Origin: an uncultured Alphaproteobacteria bacterium
Lineage (GTDB): Bacteria > Pseudomonadota > Alphaproteobacteria > Rhizobiales > Xanthobacteraceae
Direction: 5' to 3'
NCBI GenBank assembly: GCA_963755895.1
Contig: CAVWMD010000027.1
Coordinates: 240,881-304,880, forward strand
DNA: 64,000 bases
Part shown: positions 41,070 through 50,896 of the stretch, one piece after another
Layout of the letters: each line of letters begins with the position of its first letter
Numbering within the stretch: the stretch's first letter is position 1
Position numbers and translations under genes: made by a program
Notes under the pieces: generated by a model
The model's database searches: none
Told to the model about the DNA's origin: nothing
Seen by the model: the letters and a program-made list of their open reading frames with translations, nothing else

Positions 41070-41231
41070 ACGACGTCGCGGCGCTCGCTGAAGCCGTCGG
41101 CGCAGTCGGGAATGCCGCAATGGCAGGATCATCTGTTCATCGCGCTGAGCCGCTCGGCCAACGACGCAACCGACTACTTTCCAGATTCCGACCGGCCGGG
41201 TGGTTGAGGTTGGGAGCCAGGTCACTATTTG
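41070..41231 (+). pseudogene. 3'-terminal remnant of a second kup gene
   Basis: 41106-41231 aligns with 43206-43330 (the last roughly 40 codons of kup) at about 85% identity by eye with one indel. It encodes [23 protein letters not shown].. versus [26 protein letters not shown]... Confidence 0.8.
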
Positions 41232-41395
41232 GGTTTGAGCCCCAACCCAGACTGTGATTTAAGTTGCAGCCAAAGATTTATGCGTTTTTGCATGGCGCTG
41301 GCCCAAAATCAGGGTAGGCTATGCTCCAAGCGCAGGGCTATAAGCCGCGTCGCTTTGCTATTGTGCAGTGAAGCATTTTTGAGGCCTCCGTTCCC

Positions 41396-43330
41396 ATGAC
41401 CACTGATGTTGTAGTTCCCGCCGCGGAAACGACGGCGGCCAACGGTCATGGCGACGCCCATTCCACCGCTGGCTTCAAGGCGCTGATGCTGGGCAGTATC
41501 GGCGTCGTCTACGGCGACATCGGCACCAGCCCGCTATACGCGTTGCGCGAGGCCGTGATCGCGGCCAGCGGCACCGGCCCCGCCGCCGTCGTCGACCCGC
41601 AGGCCGTGCTCGGCGTGCTCTCGCTGATCCTGTGGGCGCTGATCGTCGTGGTGACGCTGAAATACGTGCTGATCCTGCTGCGCGCCGACAACCATGGCGA
41701 GGGCGGAACGCTGGCGCTGATGGCGCTGGCGCAGCGCGCGGTCAGCCGCGGCGCCGGCGCGATCGTGCTGCTTGGGCATCATCAGCGGCGCGTTGTTCTA
41801 TGGCGATGCGGTGATCACGCCGGCGCTGTCGGTGCTGTCGGCGATCGAAGGCATCAAGCTCGTCACCTCGGCCTTCGATCCCTATGTCGTGCCGCTGACG
41901 GTCGTCATCCTGTTCGTGCTGTTCGCGGTGCAGTCGCGCGGCACCGCGCGGGTCGCGGCCTTCTTCGGGCCGATCATGAGGGTCTGGTTCGCCGTCATCG
42001 CGATCGCGGCGATTACCCCGATCCTGCGGCATCCCGAAGTGCTGTTCGCGCTCAATCCCGTGCATGCCGTCGCCTTCATGCTTCATCACGGCATCATCGG
42101 CTTCGTGACGCTCGGCGCGGTGTTTCTCGCGGTCACCGGCGCCGAGGCGCTCTATGCCGATCTCGGCCATTTCGGCAAACGTCCGATCCAGACCGCCTGG
42201 CTTTTCATCGTGCTGCCGTCGCTGGCGCTGAATTATCTCGGGCAGGGCGCGCTGGTGATCGCCGATCCGCATGCGGTCGAGAACCCGTTCTTCCTGATGT
42301 TTCCGGACTGGGCGTTGCTGCCGATGGTCGTGCTGGCCACGGTGGCGACCGTGATCGCGAGCCAGGCCGTGATCACCGGCGCCTATTCGCTGACCCGTCA
42401 GGCCATCCAGCTCGGCCTGTTGCCGCGATTTGAGATCCGCCACACCTCGGAAGCCCATTCCGGCCAGATCTATATTCCGCGCATCAACATGCTGCTGCTG
42501 GTCGCGGTGACGCTGCTGGTCTTGATGTTCCGCTCGTCGAGCGCGCTGGCGTCGGCCTACGGCATCTCGGTGACCGGCACCATGGTGGTGACGGCGATGA
42601 TGGGTTTTGTCGTGATCTGGCGGGTCTGGAAATGGTCGCCGATCGCCGCCGCCGCGCTGATCGCGCCGTTCCTGTTCCTCGATCTGACCTTCCTCGCCGC
42701 CAATCTGCTGAAGGTGCTCGAGGGCGGCTGGGTGCCGTTGGCGCTGGGCTCGGTGGTGATGCTGTTGATGTACACGTGGCGGCGCGGCAGCCGGCTGTTG
42801 TTCGAAAAATCGCGCAAGCTGGAGTTTCCGCTGGCCGACCTGGTGGCGATGCTGGAGAAGCGGCCGCCGCAGCGGGTGTCCGGCACCGCGGTGTTCCTGA
42901 CCAGCGATCCCGCCTCAGCGCGCCGACCGCGCTGATGCACAGTCTGAAGCACTACAAGGTGCTGCACGAGAAGAACGTCATTCTCACCATCGAGACCGCG
43001 CCGACGCCGCGCATCGACCCGTCCGAACGGGTGCGGATGGAGGAGATCAGCGCGACCTTCTCCCGGGTGACGCTGCGGTTCGGCTTCATGGAATCGCCCA
43101 ACGTGCCGAAGACGCTGGCGATCGCCCGCAAGCTCGGCTGGCATTTCGACATCATGTCGACGTCGTTCTTCCTGTCGCGCCGCGCGCTGAAGCCGGCCGC
43201 GCATTCGGGCATGCCGCGCTGGCAGGATCATCTGTTCATCGCGCTGAGCCGCACCGCCAACGACGCCACCGACTATTTCCAGATTCCCACCGGACGGGTG
43301 GTCGAGGTGGGAACGCAGGTCACGGTCTAG
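41396..43330 (+). pseudogene. kup: potassium uptake transporter Kup, two frameshifts
   Basis: [15 protein letters not shown] signature. Pieces are in ORFs 41396..42433, 41772..42935 and 42632..43330. There is an extra g in ctt ggg cat (41774-41776) and a second change at about 42920-42923 (gcgcgccgacc). Confidence 0.88.
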
Positions 43331-43467
43331 CAGCCGCCATTCGGCGTTTCCGAACAGCGTTCTAGCGCTTGATTTTCATCGCGCGAGGGGCGACTTTGGC
43401 CGCCGAAAGAGCGGGCGGTCGGCGCGGTCGATTTAGCCCGCAGAAATGGATCGTTGGGAGGACAAGC

Positions 43468-43810
43468 GTGGCGGATCATCAGGTGCACGATTTAACGCCG
43501 GACGAGGTATCGAAGGGCATCGCGGAGGGACGTTATCTTCTGGTCGATGTTCGCGAGCCGAATGAAGTTGCCGTTGAGGCCTATCCGGACGGCGTGGTCG
43601 TTCCGCTTTCGAGCTTCGATCCCGCAGGATATTCCCGATCCGCAAGGCAAGCAGGTGGTGTTCGCCTGCCGCTCCGGCAAACGCTCGGTGACGGCGTCGC
43701 TGGCGGCGCAGGCCGCGGGCCTGCCCTACGACAAGCATCTGGCCGGCGGCATGTTGGGCTGGAAGGCCGCGGGACTGCCGACCAAGACGCGGCGGCTGAT
43801 CGCTCCATGA
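43468..43810 (+). pseudogene. rhodanese-like domain protein, frameshifted
   Basis: GTG after gggagga. LLVDVREPNEV in one frame and the active-site loop VFACRSGKRS in ORF 43547..43810. The extra base is at gcaGGat (43627-43628). Confidence 0.75.
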
Positions 43811-44974
43811 TTTCGATGAACAAGGTCTTCGCCGACCTTCCGGTCACCATTTTCGAGGCGATGTCGCAAGCTCGCGCGCGACAATAACGCCATCAATCTC
43901 GGCCAGGGTTTTCCGGACGATCCGGGGCCGGAGGACATTCGCCGCGCGGCGGCGGATGCGACGATGGACGGCTATAACCAATATCCCTCGATGATGGGCA
44001 TTCCGGAGTTGCGGCAGGCGATCGCAGCGCATTACGGCCGCTGGCACGGGCTTGAGCTCGATCCGATGACCGAGGTGATGGTGACCTCGGGCGGCACCGA
44101 AGCGCTGACCAGCGCCATCCTGTCGGTCGTGGAGCCCGGCGACGAGGTGATCGTTTTCCAGCCGGTCTATGATTCCTATTTGCCGATCATCCGCCAGGCC
44201 GGCGGCATCCCGCGGCTGTTGCGACTCGAGCCGCCGCATTGGCGGCTTTCGCGAGGAGATGCTGCGCGGCGCGTTCAATCACAAGACCAAGGCGGTCCTG
44301 TTCAACAATCCGCTCAATCCGGCCGCGGTGGTGTATCCGCGCGAGGACCTCGAATTGCTGGCGCGGTTTTGCCAGGAGTTCGACAGCGATCGCGATCTGC
44401 GACGAGGTCTGGGAACACGTGATCTTCGACGGCCGCGAACATATTCCGCTGATTACCATTCCGGGAATGCGCGACCGCACCATCAAGGTCGGCTCCGCCG
44501 GCAAGATATTTTCGCTGACGGGGTGGAAGATCGGCTTTGTCTGCGCCGCGCCGCCGTTGTTGCGGGTGGCCGCTAAAGTGCACCAGTTTCTGACCTTTAC
44601 GACCGCTCCCAACCTTCAGGCGGCGGTGGCCTACGGCCTCGGCAAGCCGGCGGAATATTTTTACGACATGCGCAAGGATCTGGCGCGCAGCCGCGACCGC
44701 CTCGCGCGGGGATTGGAGCAGCATCGGCTTTCCGGTGCTGCGCTCGCAGGGCACCTATTTTCTCACCGTCGATCTGTCGCCGCTCGGACTTAACGAAACC
44801 GACGAAGCCTTTTGCCGGCGCATCGTGACCGATTACAAGGTCGCGGCAATCCCGGTGTCGGCGTTTTATGAGCAGGATGCCGTGACGTCGGTGGTGCGGT
44901 TTTGCTTTGCCAAGAACGACGCGACGCTCGATACCGCGCTGGAGCGGCTGTCGGATGCGGTGCATCGCCGCTAA
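43807..44974 (+). pseudogene. class I/II pyridoxal-phosphate aminotransferase (YbdL/kynurenine aminotransferase-like), multiple frameshifts
   Basis: The ATG overlaps the rhodanese stop. Fragments NLGQGFPD, QYPSMMGIPELRQAIA, NNPLNPAAVVY, SAGKIFSLTGWKIGF (PLP Lys) and RFCFAKNDATLD are spread over at least 4 frame changes. Confidence 0.78.
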
Positions 44975-44984
44975 GGATTGGCCC

Positions 44985-46100
44985 ATGATGCGCCGCTTGC
45001 GTTTGGCTCGGGTTCGATTGGTCGCCGCGCTGGCCGCCATCCTGGCGGCTGCCGCGCTGCCTGCGAGCGCACAGCAGCGCACCGTCAATTTCTACAATTG
45101 GTCGAACTACGTGGCGCCAGGCGTGCTGGAGGATTTTACCAGGGAAACCGGCATCAAGGTGGTCTACGACACCTTCGACGCCAACGAGACGCTGGAGACG
45201 CGGTTGCTGGCGGGAAAATCCGGCTATGACGTCGTGGTTCCCACCGCCTATTTCCTGCAGCGCCAGATCACAGCGCATGTGTTCCAGAAGCTCGACAAGT
45301 CGAAGCTGCCCAATCTGGCCAACGCCTGGCCGGTGGTGACCGAACGGCTCGCCACCTACGATCCCGGCAATCTCTATGCCGCCAATTACATGTGGGGCAC
45401 CACCGGCATCGGCTACAACGTCAAGGCGGTGCGGAAAATCCTCGGCCCCGACGCCCGCATCGACAGCTGGGACATCGTGTTCAAGCCGGAGAACCTGGCG
45501 AAGTTCAAAGACTGCGGCGTCCACATGCTGGATTCTCCGGATGATATTTTTCCGGCCGCCTTGGGCTATCTCGGGCTCGACCCCAATTCGACCAAACAGG
45601 CCGATCTGGAGCAGGCCGCCGACCTCGTTTCCAAGATCAGGCCCTCTATTCGCAAGTTTCATTCATCGGAATATCTGAGCGCGCTTGCCACCGGCGAGAT
45701 CTGCTTCGTGGTGGGATGGTCGGGCGACATCATGCAGGCGCGCAGCCGCGCCGCTGAAGCCAACAGCGGCGTCGAAATCGGTTACGCCATCCCGAAACAG
45801 GGCGCGCAGATGTTTTTCGACAATCTTGCGATCCCGGCCGATGCCGGCAATGTCGCCGAGGCCTATGAGTTGATCAATTATCTCTACCGGCCGGAGATCG
45901 CGGCGAGGAATTCGAATTTCCTGTCGTATGCCAACGGCAATCTGGCGAGCCAGAAGCTGATTGATCCAAAAATCCTGGACGACAGGAACATCTATCCCGA
46001 CGACGCGACGCTGAAGAAGCTGTTCGTGATCACGGCGCGCGACCCGGCCACCCAGCGCATCATCAACCGGCTCTGGACCAGGGTGAAGACGGGAAGGTGA
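44985..46100 (+). CDS. polyamine (putrescine/spermidine) ABC transporter substrate-binding protein, PotF/PotD-like
   Basis: Signal peptide MMRRLRLARVRLVAALAAILAAAALPASA, then VNFYNWSNYVAPGVLEDFTRETGIKVVYDTFDANE. No potGHI partner genes are in the window. Confidence 0.85.
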   Translation: MMRRLRLARVRLVAALAAILAAAALPASAQQRTVNFYNWSNYVAPGVLEDFTRETGIKVVYDTFDANETLETRLLAGKSGYDVVVPTAYFLQRQITAHVFQKLDKSKLPNLANAWPVVTERLATYDPGNLYAANYMWGTTGIGYNVKAVRKILGPDARIDSWDIVFKPENLAKFKDCGVHMLDSPDDIFPAALGYLGLDPNSTKQADLEQAADLVSKIRPSIRKFHSSEYLSALATGEICFVVGWSGDIMQARSRAAEANSGVEIGYAIPKQGAQMFFDNLAIPADAGNVAEAYELINYLYRPEIAARNSNFLSYANGNLASQKLIDPKILDDRNIYPDDATLKKLFVITARDPATQRIINRLWTRVKTGR

Positions 46101-46150
46101 CGGCGGCACGCGCCGACCTCACCAAGAGGAGTCTGTGAAGCTATCTCCGA

Positions 46151-46257
46151 CGTCATCCTGAGGAGCGGCGTCTTCGCCGCGTCTCGAAGGATGGTGTTGC
46201 GCAGTGCGTGCGGCCATCCTTCGAGACGCGCGCAAGAGCGCGCTCCTCAGGATGACG
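46151..46257. repeat. REP-like nested inverted repeat
   Basis: cgtcatcctgaggagcg (46151-46167) pairs with cgctcctcaggatgacg (46241-46257). There is an inner pair tctcgaaggatgg / ccatccttcgaga. Confidence 0.9.
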
Positions 46258-46331
46258 GCCGAGATAGCAAGACGCGCACTGGACAACGCAAGCGTTGCCG
46301 GGCAAATGCGCTGCTCGCCTTGAGGGCGTAT

Positions 46332-47264
46332 CTACCGCCAGCGGCGGTGCAGCCAGAGCCACTGATCCGGATATTCGCGGATCCAGCCTTCAATCACCGT
46401 GGTGACGGCCTGCATCGTTCCCTGAATATCGATCTCACCTGAGGCGTCGCGCACCGGCTCGACTTCCTCGGATATTTCGGCGCGAAAACGGTGATCGGGC
46501 AGGCGAATGACCCGCACCCCGTGAATCGGGCACTCGATCTGCCGCCGGAGCCGTGCCAGCGTCGGATTGGCCCGGGTCTTGCGGCCAAAGAACGTAACCT
46601 CGACGCCATTGGTAAAATACTGGTCGACCAGCATCGCGACATGCTGGCCGTTTTGCAGGGCTTGCGCCAGCCGGTATGGCGCGTCGCGGCCGGCCGCAAT
46701 CAGCGTGCCCATCTTGACGTTGCGCAGTTCTTCGACGATGCGCTCGGCGGAGGCGATGTTCGGCCTGCGATAGAGGATCGCGGCGTCGAGGCCGTGCGCG
46801 GCCGCCGCCAGCGCGGGCAATTCCCAATTGCCGAGATGGCTTGCAAAGAACAGCGCGGGTTTGCCGTCGTCGCGCAGGCGGTCGTACAACTCGGCGCTGC
46901 GCGGGCCGAATTCGACGCGGCCGTTGCCGGGATCGGCGGTGTCATAGTCCCAGACATGATCGAGATGGGCGAATTCGGCGCCGTAGCGGCCGAGATTGTC
47001 CCACACCCCCGCCAGGATGGCATCGATCTCCACGGGCGATTTTTCCGGGAAGGCGGCGGTTAGATTTTCCCGTGCGATCCGGTGCTCGCGCAGTTTCGGG
47101 CCGATCAAACGGGTGATGCGGCCGAATAAATTCGCGGTCTTGATCGGGTCGAAATGGCGCGTGGTGCGCAGCATCCCGATGGTCACGGCGCCGACCGCGG
47201 CGCCGCCGAGCGATTTTGCGCCGGTGCGAAGACGAGCCTTGGTGCGAGCGAGCAGGGGATGCAT
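46332..47264 (-). CDS. lpxXL: lipid A very-long-chain acyltransferase (LpxL/HtrB family, LpxXL by context)
   Basis: 310 aa lysophospholipid/lauroyl acyltransferase family (HLGNWE motif). It is the last gene of the acpXL cluster. Confidence 0.8.
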   Translation of the reverse strand: MHPLLARTKARLRTGAKSLGGAAVGAVTIGMLRTTRHFDPIKTANLFGRITRLIGPKLREHRIARENLTAAFPEKSPVEIDAILAGVWDNLGRYGAEFAHLDHVWDYDTADPGNGRVEFGPRSAELYDRLRDDGKPALFFASHLGNWELPALAAAAHGLDAAILYRRPNIASAERIVEELRNVKMGTLIAAGRDAPYRLAQALQNGQHVAMLVDQYFTNGVEVTFFGRKTRANPTLARLRRQIECPIHGVRVIRLPDHRFRAEISEEVEPVRDASGEIDIQGTMQAVTTVIEGWIREYPDQWLWLHRRWR

Positions 47265-47337
47265 CAGTTCCGTTCCGGCGTGAGCGGCCTATCGCCGGTT
47301 GGCGCTTCAGCCGCCGCAACCTGCCGAGGCCCGTGGA

Positions 47338-48615
47338 TTAAATCGGCTCGCGGGTCAGGATCAACGAGGCGTTCTGGCCGCCGAAGCCGAAGGAGTTCGA
47401 CATCACCGCGGTGACGCGGGCGTCGCGCGCCTTGTTGGGCACGACGTCGAACGGAATGGCGGGATCGGGAACGTCGTAATTGATGGTCGGCGGAATCCGC
47501 TGGTGCTCGAGCGTCAGCAGCGAGATCACGGCTTCGACCGCGCCCGCCGCCGAAACAGTATGCCCGATCATCGATTTGTTCGATGAAACCGGAATCTGTT
47601 TGGCGCGCTCGCCGAACACCGTGGAGATGCCCAGATATTCCATCTTGTCGTTTTCCGGCGTAGCCGTGCCGTGAGCGTTGATGTAGTCGATTTGATCGGA
47701 CTCCATGCTGGCGTCCGCCAATACCTTGCGTACGCAGCCGATGATCGGTTTGCCGTCGGGACTTGATCGGGTCCGATGGAACGAATCCGTCAGCTCACCG
47801 CAGCCGGCCACGACGCCGAGAATTGTGGCTCCGCGTGCCATCGCGGATTCATAGTTTTCCAGGACGAGAGCTGCGGCGCCCTCTGCGATGACGAAGCCGT
47901 CACGGTTCTTCGAGAACGGTTTTGATGCCGATCGCGGCGGATCGTTCTGGGTGGATAGCGCCGATAGCAGGGAAAATCGGACCAGCGACTCCGGATTGAC
48001 CGAGCCCTCGGTCCCAACGCACAACGCGGCATCGGTTTCGCCGCGGCGGATCGCTTCGACGCCGAGCTGGATTGCAGTTGCGCCGGATGCGCAGGCCGTC
48101 GAAAGCGAAATCGGCGATCCCTTGGTGCCGAACTTCTCGGCAAGATAGTCCGCCACCGAACCAAACAGAAAACGCCGATGATAGCGCGTGTATTTGCCGC
48201 CGCCGCTGACCCGAAGCAGATCGTCGTAATTGAACTCGGTCTTGCCGGTATCGTGTCCCAGTTCGAGCCGCTGCGGCCACTCGATCTCGACCGGCGCTAC
48301 GGCCAAAAACAGCGGTCCGGGAAAATCAGCTTTGGTTCCGATCGCGGATTGCGCAATGGCTTCTTCTACGACGATATCGGCCAACCGTTCCGAAAGGTCG
48401 GTCGAGGAAGACGGCTGCACCGGCAGGAAATCGATCGTTCCGGCCATCGACGTTTTCAAGCCATCGATCGGAAAGCGCGTGATGGTTCGGATTCCCGATT
48501 CACCCGCGGTGAGCTTCGCCCAATTGTCGCTCTTGCCGGTGCCGAGCGACGTCACCACGCCCATGCCCGTGACGACGACGATCGGCCTGCCGAATTTATC
48601 GCGCGTAGCTGTCAT
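47338..48615 (-). CDS. fabF1XL: beta-ketoacyl-ACP synthase II-like (FabF1XL)
   Basis: Canonical Cys-His-His triad: LSTACASGATA, INAHGTATPEND, NKSMIGHTVSAAG. Confidence 0.88.
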   Translation of the reverse strand: MTATRDKFGRPIVVVTGMGVVTSLGTGKSDNWAKLTAGESGIRTITRFPIDGLKTSMAGTIDFLPVQPSSSTDLSERLADIVVEEAIAQSAIGTKADFPGPLFLAVAPVEIEWPQRLELGHDTGKTEFNYDDLLRVSGGGKYTRYHRRFLFGSVADYLAEKFGTKGSPISLSTACASGATAIQLGVEAIRRGETDAALCVGTEGSVNPESLVRFSLLSALSTQNDPPRSASKPFSKNRDGFVIAEGAAALVLENYESAMARGATILGVVAGCGELTDSFHRTRSSPDGKPIIGCVRKVLADASMESDQIDYINAHGTATPENDKMEYLGISTVFGERAKQIPVSSNKSMIGHTVSAAGAVEAVISLLTLEHQRIPPTINYDVPDPAIPFDVVPNKARDARVTAVMSNSFGFGGQNASLILTREPI

Positions 48616-48642
48616 GTTTTCCCCGCCAATTCCGCGCCGTGC

Positions 48643-49851
48643 TCACCTGACCGCCTCAACCAGGCCCATGCCTTCGCCCCGCCAGTGACCGGCTCCGATC
48701 ACCACAATTTGGGTCGGAGGCTTCGACATTTCAACCTCCAGCGCGGTGGGATCGTTCGGGGAGAACAACGCGCCGCGCGAGATCGAGAGCGCTGCAAGCG
48801 CCAGGCCCAGCGGGAACTGCGCTTCCATGGTGTGGCCGAACGCGGTGCCGATGGCCCGCACCGCGAAATCCGGATGGTGGCGGAGAAACGCCAGTTCCTC
48901 CGACGTGACTGGCTCGGCGCCGGTTGCGCCGGTAATGATGGCGCCGTTGTCCTCAAGCTTGCCGAGCTTCGACCACAGTGTTTCGAGTGTTGCCGTCACC
49001 GCGCCGGGGCCCTTGCGGCGCGCCTGATCGGCCACGACGTTGGTCAGGCGGGCATAAGGCTTGGCGCCGCGCGCCTCCGCGTGCGGTCTGGATTCGATGA
49101 CAAGAAACGCGCCGGCCGAACCGAGCGCAAAGCCGGGCTTCGGGCCGCGTGCCCAGACCGGCTCGAACTTGTCCTTGAGGTTGAAATCGTCGAACTCGTA
49201 GAGCACCAGCATGTCCTTGCGCTCGCTGTTTTGCGAACCGCCGATCAATGCGATGTCACTCTGGCCTCCGGCGATGCGCGCCAGCGCAATCCGCGCCGCG
49301 TCGAAGCCTGCGGCTTCTTCGCCCATGAAAGTGCGCGACGTTCCGGTCACGCCATGCACGATGGCGATATTGCCGGCTAAAAGGTTCGAAAGCTGCGCCA
49401 GAAACAACGTCGGCCGCAGGTCGTTCATCAGCCGTTCGTTGAGGAAGTCGGGAGCCGAATTGCCCTTCGCTCTCAGGCTCAGGATGTTGCTATCCACCGC
49501 GAGATCGCGCTCGCCGCCGCCGGCGGCGACGATCATGTCCATCCGCCCCAGGATTTCCTTGTTACCCTTGACGCCGGCCGAATCCAACGCCAGTCCGGCG
49601 GCATAAGTCCCGATCCGCTGCCAGGCTTCCATCTGGCGCTGATCGCCCTTTTTGGGGATCTGGGTGTCGAAGTTTACCGGCGCCCAGGGATGAACGACAT
49701 AAGGCGCAAAGCCCTTCTCATCGACATTAGTGCGCCGCTGATTGAGCGCGTCCCAGTTCGCGTCCAGCCCTTCACCGAGGGACGTGGCAAGCCCGATGCC
49801 GGTGATCCAGACTTCCGCCGATCCCGGATTTGAAGATTTCGTCTCAGTCAT
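48643..49851 (-). CDS. fabF2XL: beta-ketoacyl-ACP synthase-like protein lacking the catalytic Cys (FabF2XL)
   Basis: Thiolase-fold KS-like sequence. The active-site position reads TSRTFMGEEAAG instead of TACASG, and the 402 aa translation contains no cysteine. Confidence 0.8.
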   Translation of the reverse strand: MTETKSSNPGSAEVWITGIGLATSLGEGLDANWDALNQRRTNVDEKGFAPYVVHPWAPVNFDTQIPKKGDQRQMEAWQRIGTYAAGLALDSAGVKGNKEILGRMDMIVAAGGGERDLAVDSNILSLRAKGNSAPDFLNERLMNDLRPTLFLAQLSNLLAGNIAIVHGVTGTSRTFMGEEAAGFDAARIALARIAGGQSDIALIGGSQNSERKDMLVLYEFDDFNLKDKFEPVWARGPKPGFALGSAGAFLVIESRPHAEARGAKPYARLTNVVADQARRKGPGAVTATLETLWSKLGKLEDNGAIITGATGAEPVTSEELAFLRHHPDFAVRAIGTAFGHTMEAQFPLGLALAALSISRGALFSPNDPTALEVEMSKPPTQIVVIGAGHWRGEGMGLVEAVR

Positions 49852-50350
49852 TGCCGGGGCTCGTCGGAGAGATTGGGTTCGTCGCAGGAATAACCTGATG
49901 CGGAAAACCGACGCGCTTGGCCTCGGCTTCCATGTGTCCGCGCAGATCGGGATTCGGGAAGGGGATAACGCCGAACGTGATCGTCGCGTTGCATCTCAGT
50001 TCGTTGTTCACCCGTACCTTCGCCTGGGTGATCGCGTAGCCCGAACCTTCGTGAACCAGACTCACATCGATTTTCAACAGATCACCCGGATTGACGAAGC
50101 TGCGCATCTTGGCTTCCTTGACCGCGGCCAGAAACGGCATCCGTTCGAACTTCGTCAGCGCAATCAGCAACCAGCCGGAACTCTGCGCCATGGCTTCGAT
50201 CAAGAGAACACCGGGCATGATCGGATAGCCCGGGAAATGCCCCTCGAAGATGGTGTTGGTTTGTGGAACCTGCGCCTCGACCGTAATCCGGCGCTCGCCG
50301 ATATCGAGTTCGACGATGCGGTCAATCAGCTTGAAATATTCGAGGTGCAT
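49844..50350 (-). CDS. fabZXL: 3-hydroxyacyl-ACP dehydratase (FabZXL)
   Basis: FEGHFPGYPIMPGVLLIEAMAQ hot-dog dehydratase motif. Overlaps the fabF2XL start. Confidence 0.88.
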   Translation of the reverse strand: MHLEYFKLIDRIVELDIGERRITVEAQVPQTNTIFEGHFPGYPIMPGVLLIEAMAQSSGWLLIALTKFERMPFLAAVKEAKMRSFVNPGDLLKIDVSLVHEGSGYAITQAKVRVNNELRCNATITFGVIPFPNPDLRGHMEAEAKRVGFPHQVIPATNPISPTSPGND

Positions 50351-50359
50351 GATGCGCGA

Positions 50360-50650
50360 TTAGGCGCTCGGGGTCTTGGCGGCGACCAGTTCGTCGATGC
50401 GTGCGCAGAGGTTCTTCAGCACGAAATACTGTTCGGTGGTGGCTTTGCCATCGTTGACTTCCTGGGTCCACTTTTCCAGCGGAAGCTTGATCCCGAACGC
50501 CTTGTCGATCGCAAACGCGATGTCGAGGAAATCGAGGCTGTCGATTCCCAGATCGTCGATCGCGTGGCTCTCCGGCGTGATCGTGTCGCGCGGTATGTCG
50601 CAGGTTTCAGCGATAATCGTAGCGACCTGATCGAATGTGGATGACATCAC
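50360..50650 (-). CDS. acpXL: acyl carrier protein AcpXL
   Basis: 96 aa. The phosphopantetheine site [12 protein letters not shown] and the extended C-terminus are typical of AcpXL. Confidence 0.9.
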   Translation of the reverse strand: MMSSTFDQVATIIAETCDIPRDTITPESHAIDDLGIDSLDFLDIAFAIDKAFGIKLPLEKWTQEVNDGKATTEQYFVLKNLCARIDELVAAKTPSA

Positions 50651-50896
50651 TAAGCCTTTGATATATTGAGGATAAATTCAATGGCGGCCAAGCGGCCTGG
50701 CACCGGGTCCGGAAAACGCCCTGTCCACCATCCGGAGTCGACTGCCGGTATAACGGAGGCCCGCCCCCAATTCAATGGAGGTGGGCCGTGGGTAGGCGCA
50801 GGGCGCACTCAAGGGGAGGCCGCCCGGGTGGCCCCGAAGGCGGCGGTCTAGCGTTGTAAGCTTGCCGTTGCCCGGTGCGGAAATCCGCGCGGCGGT

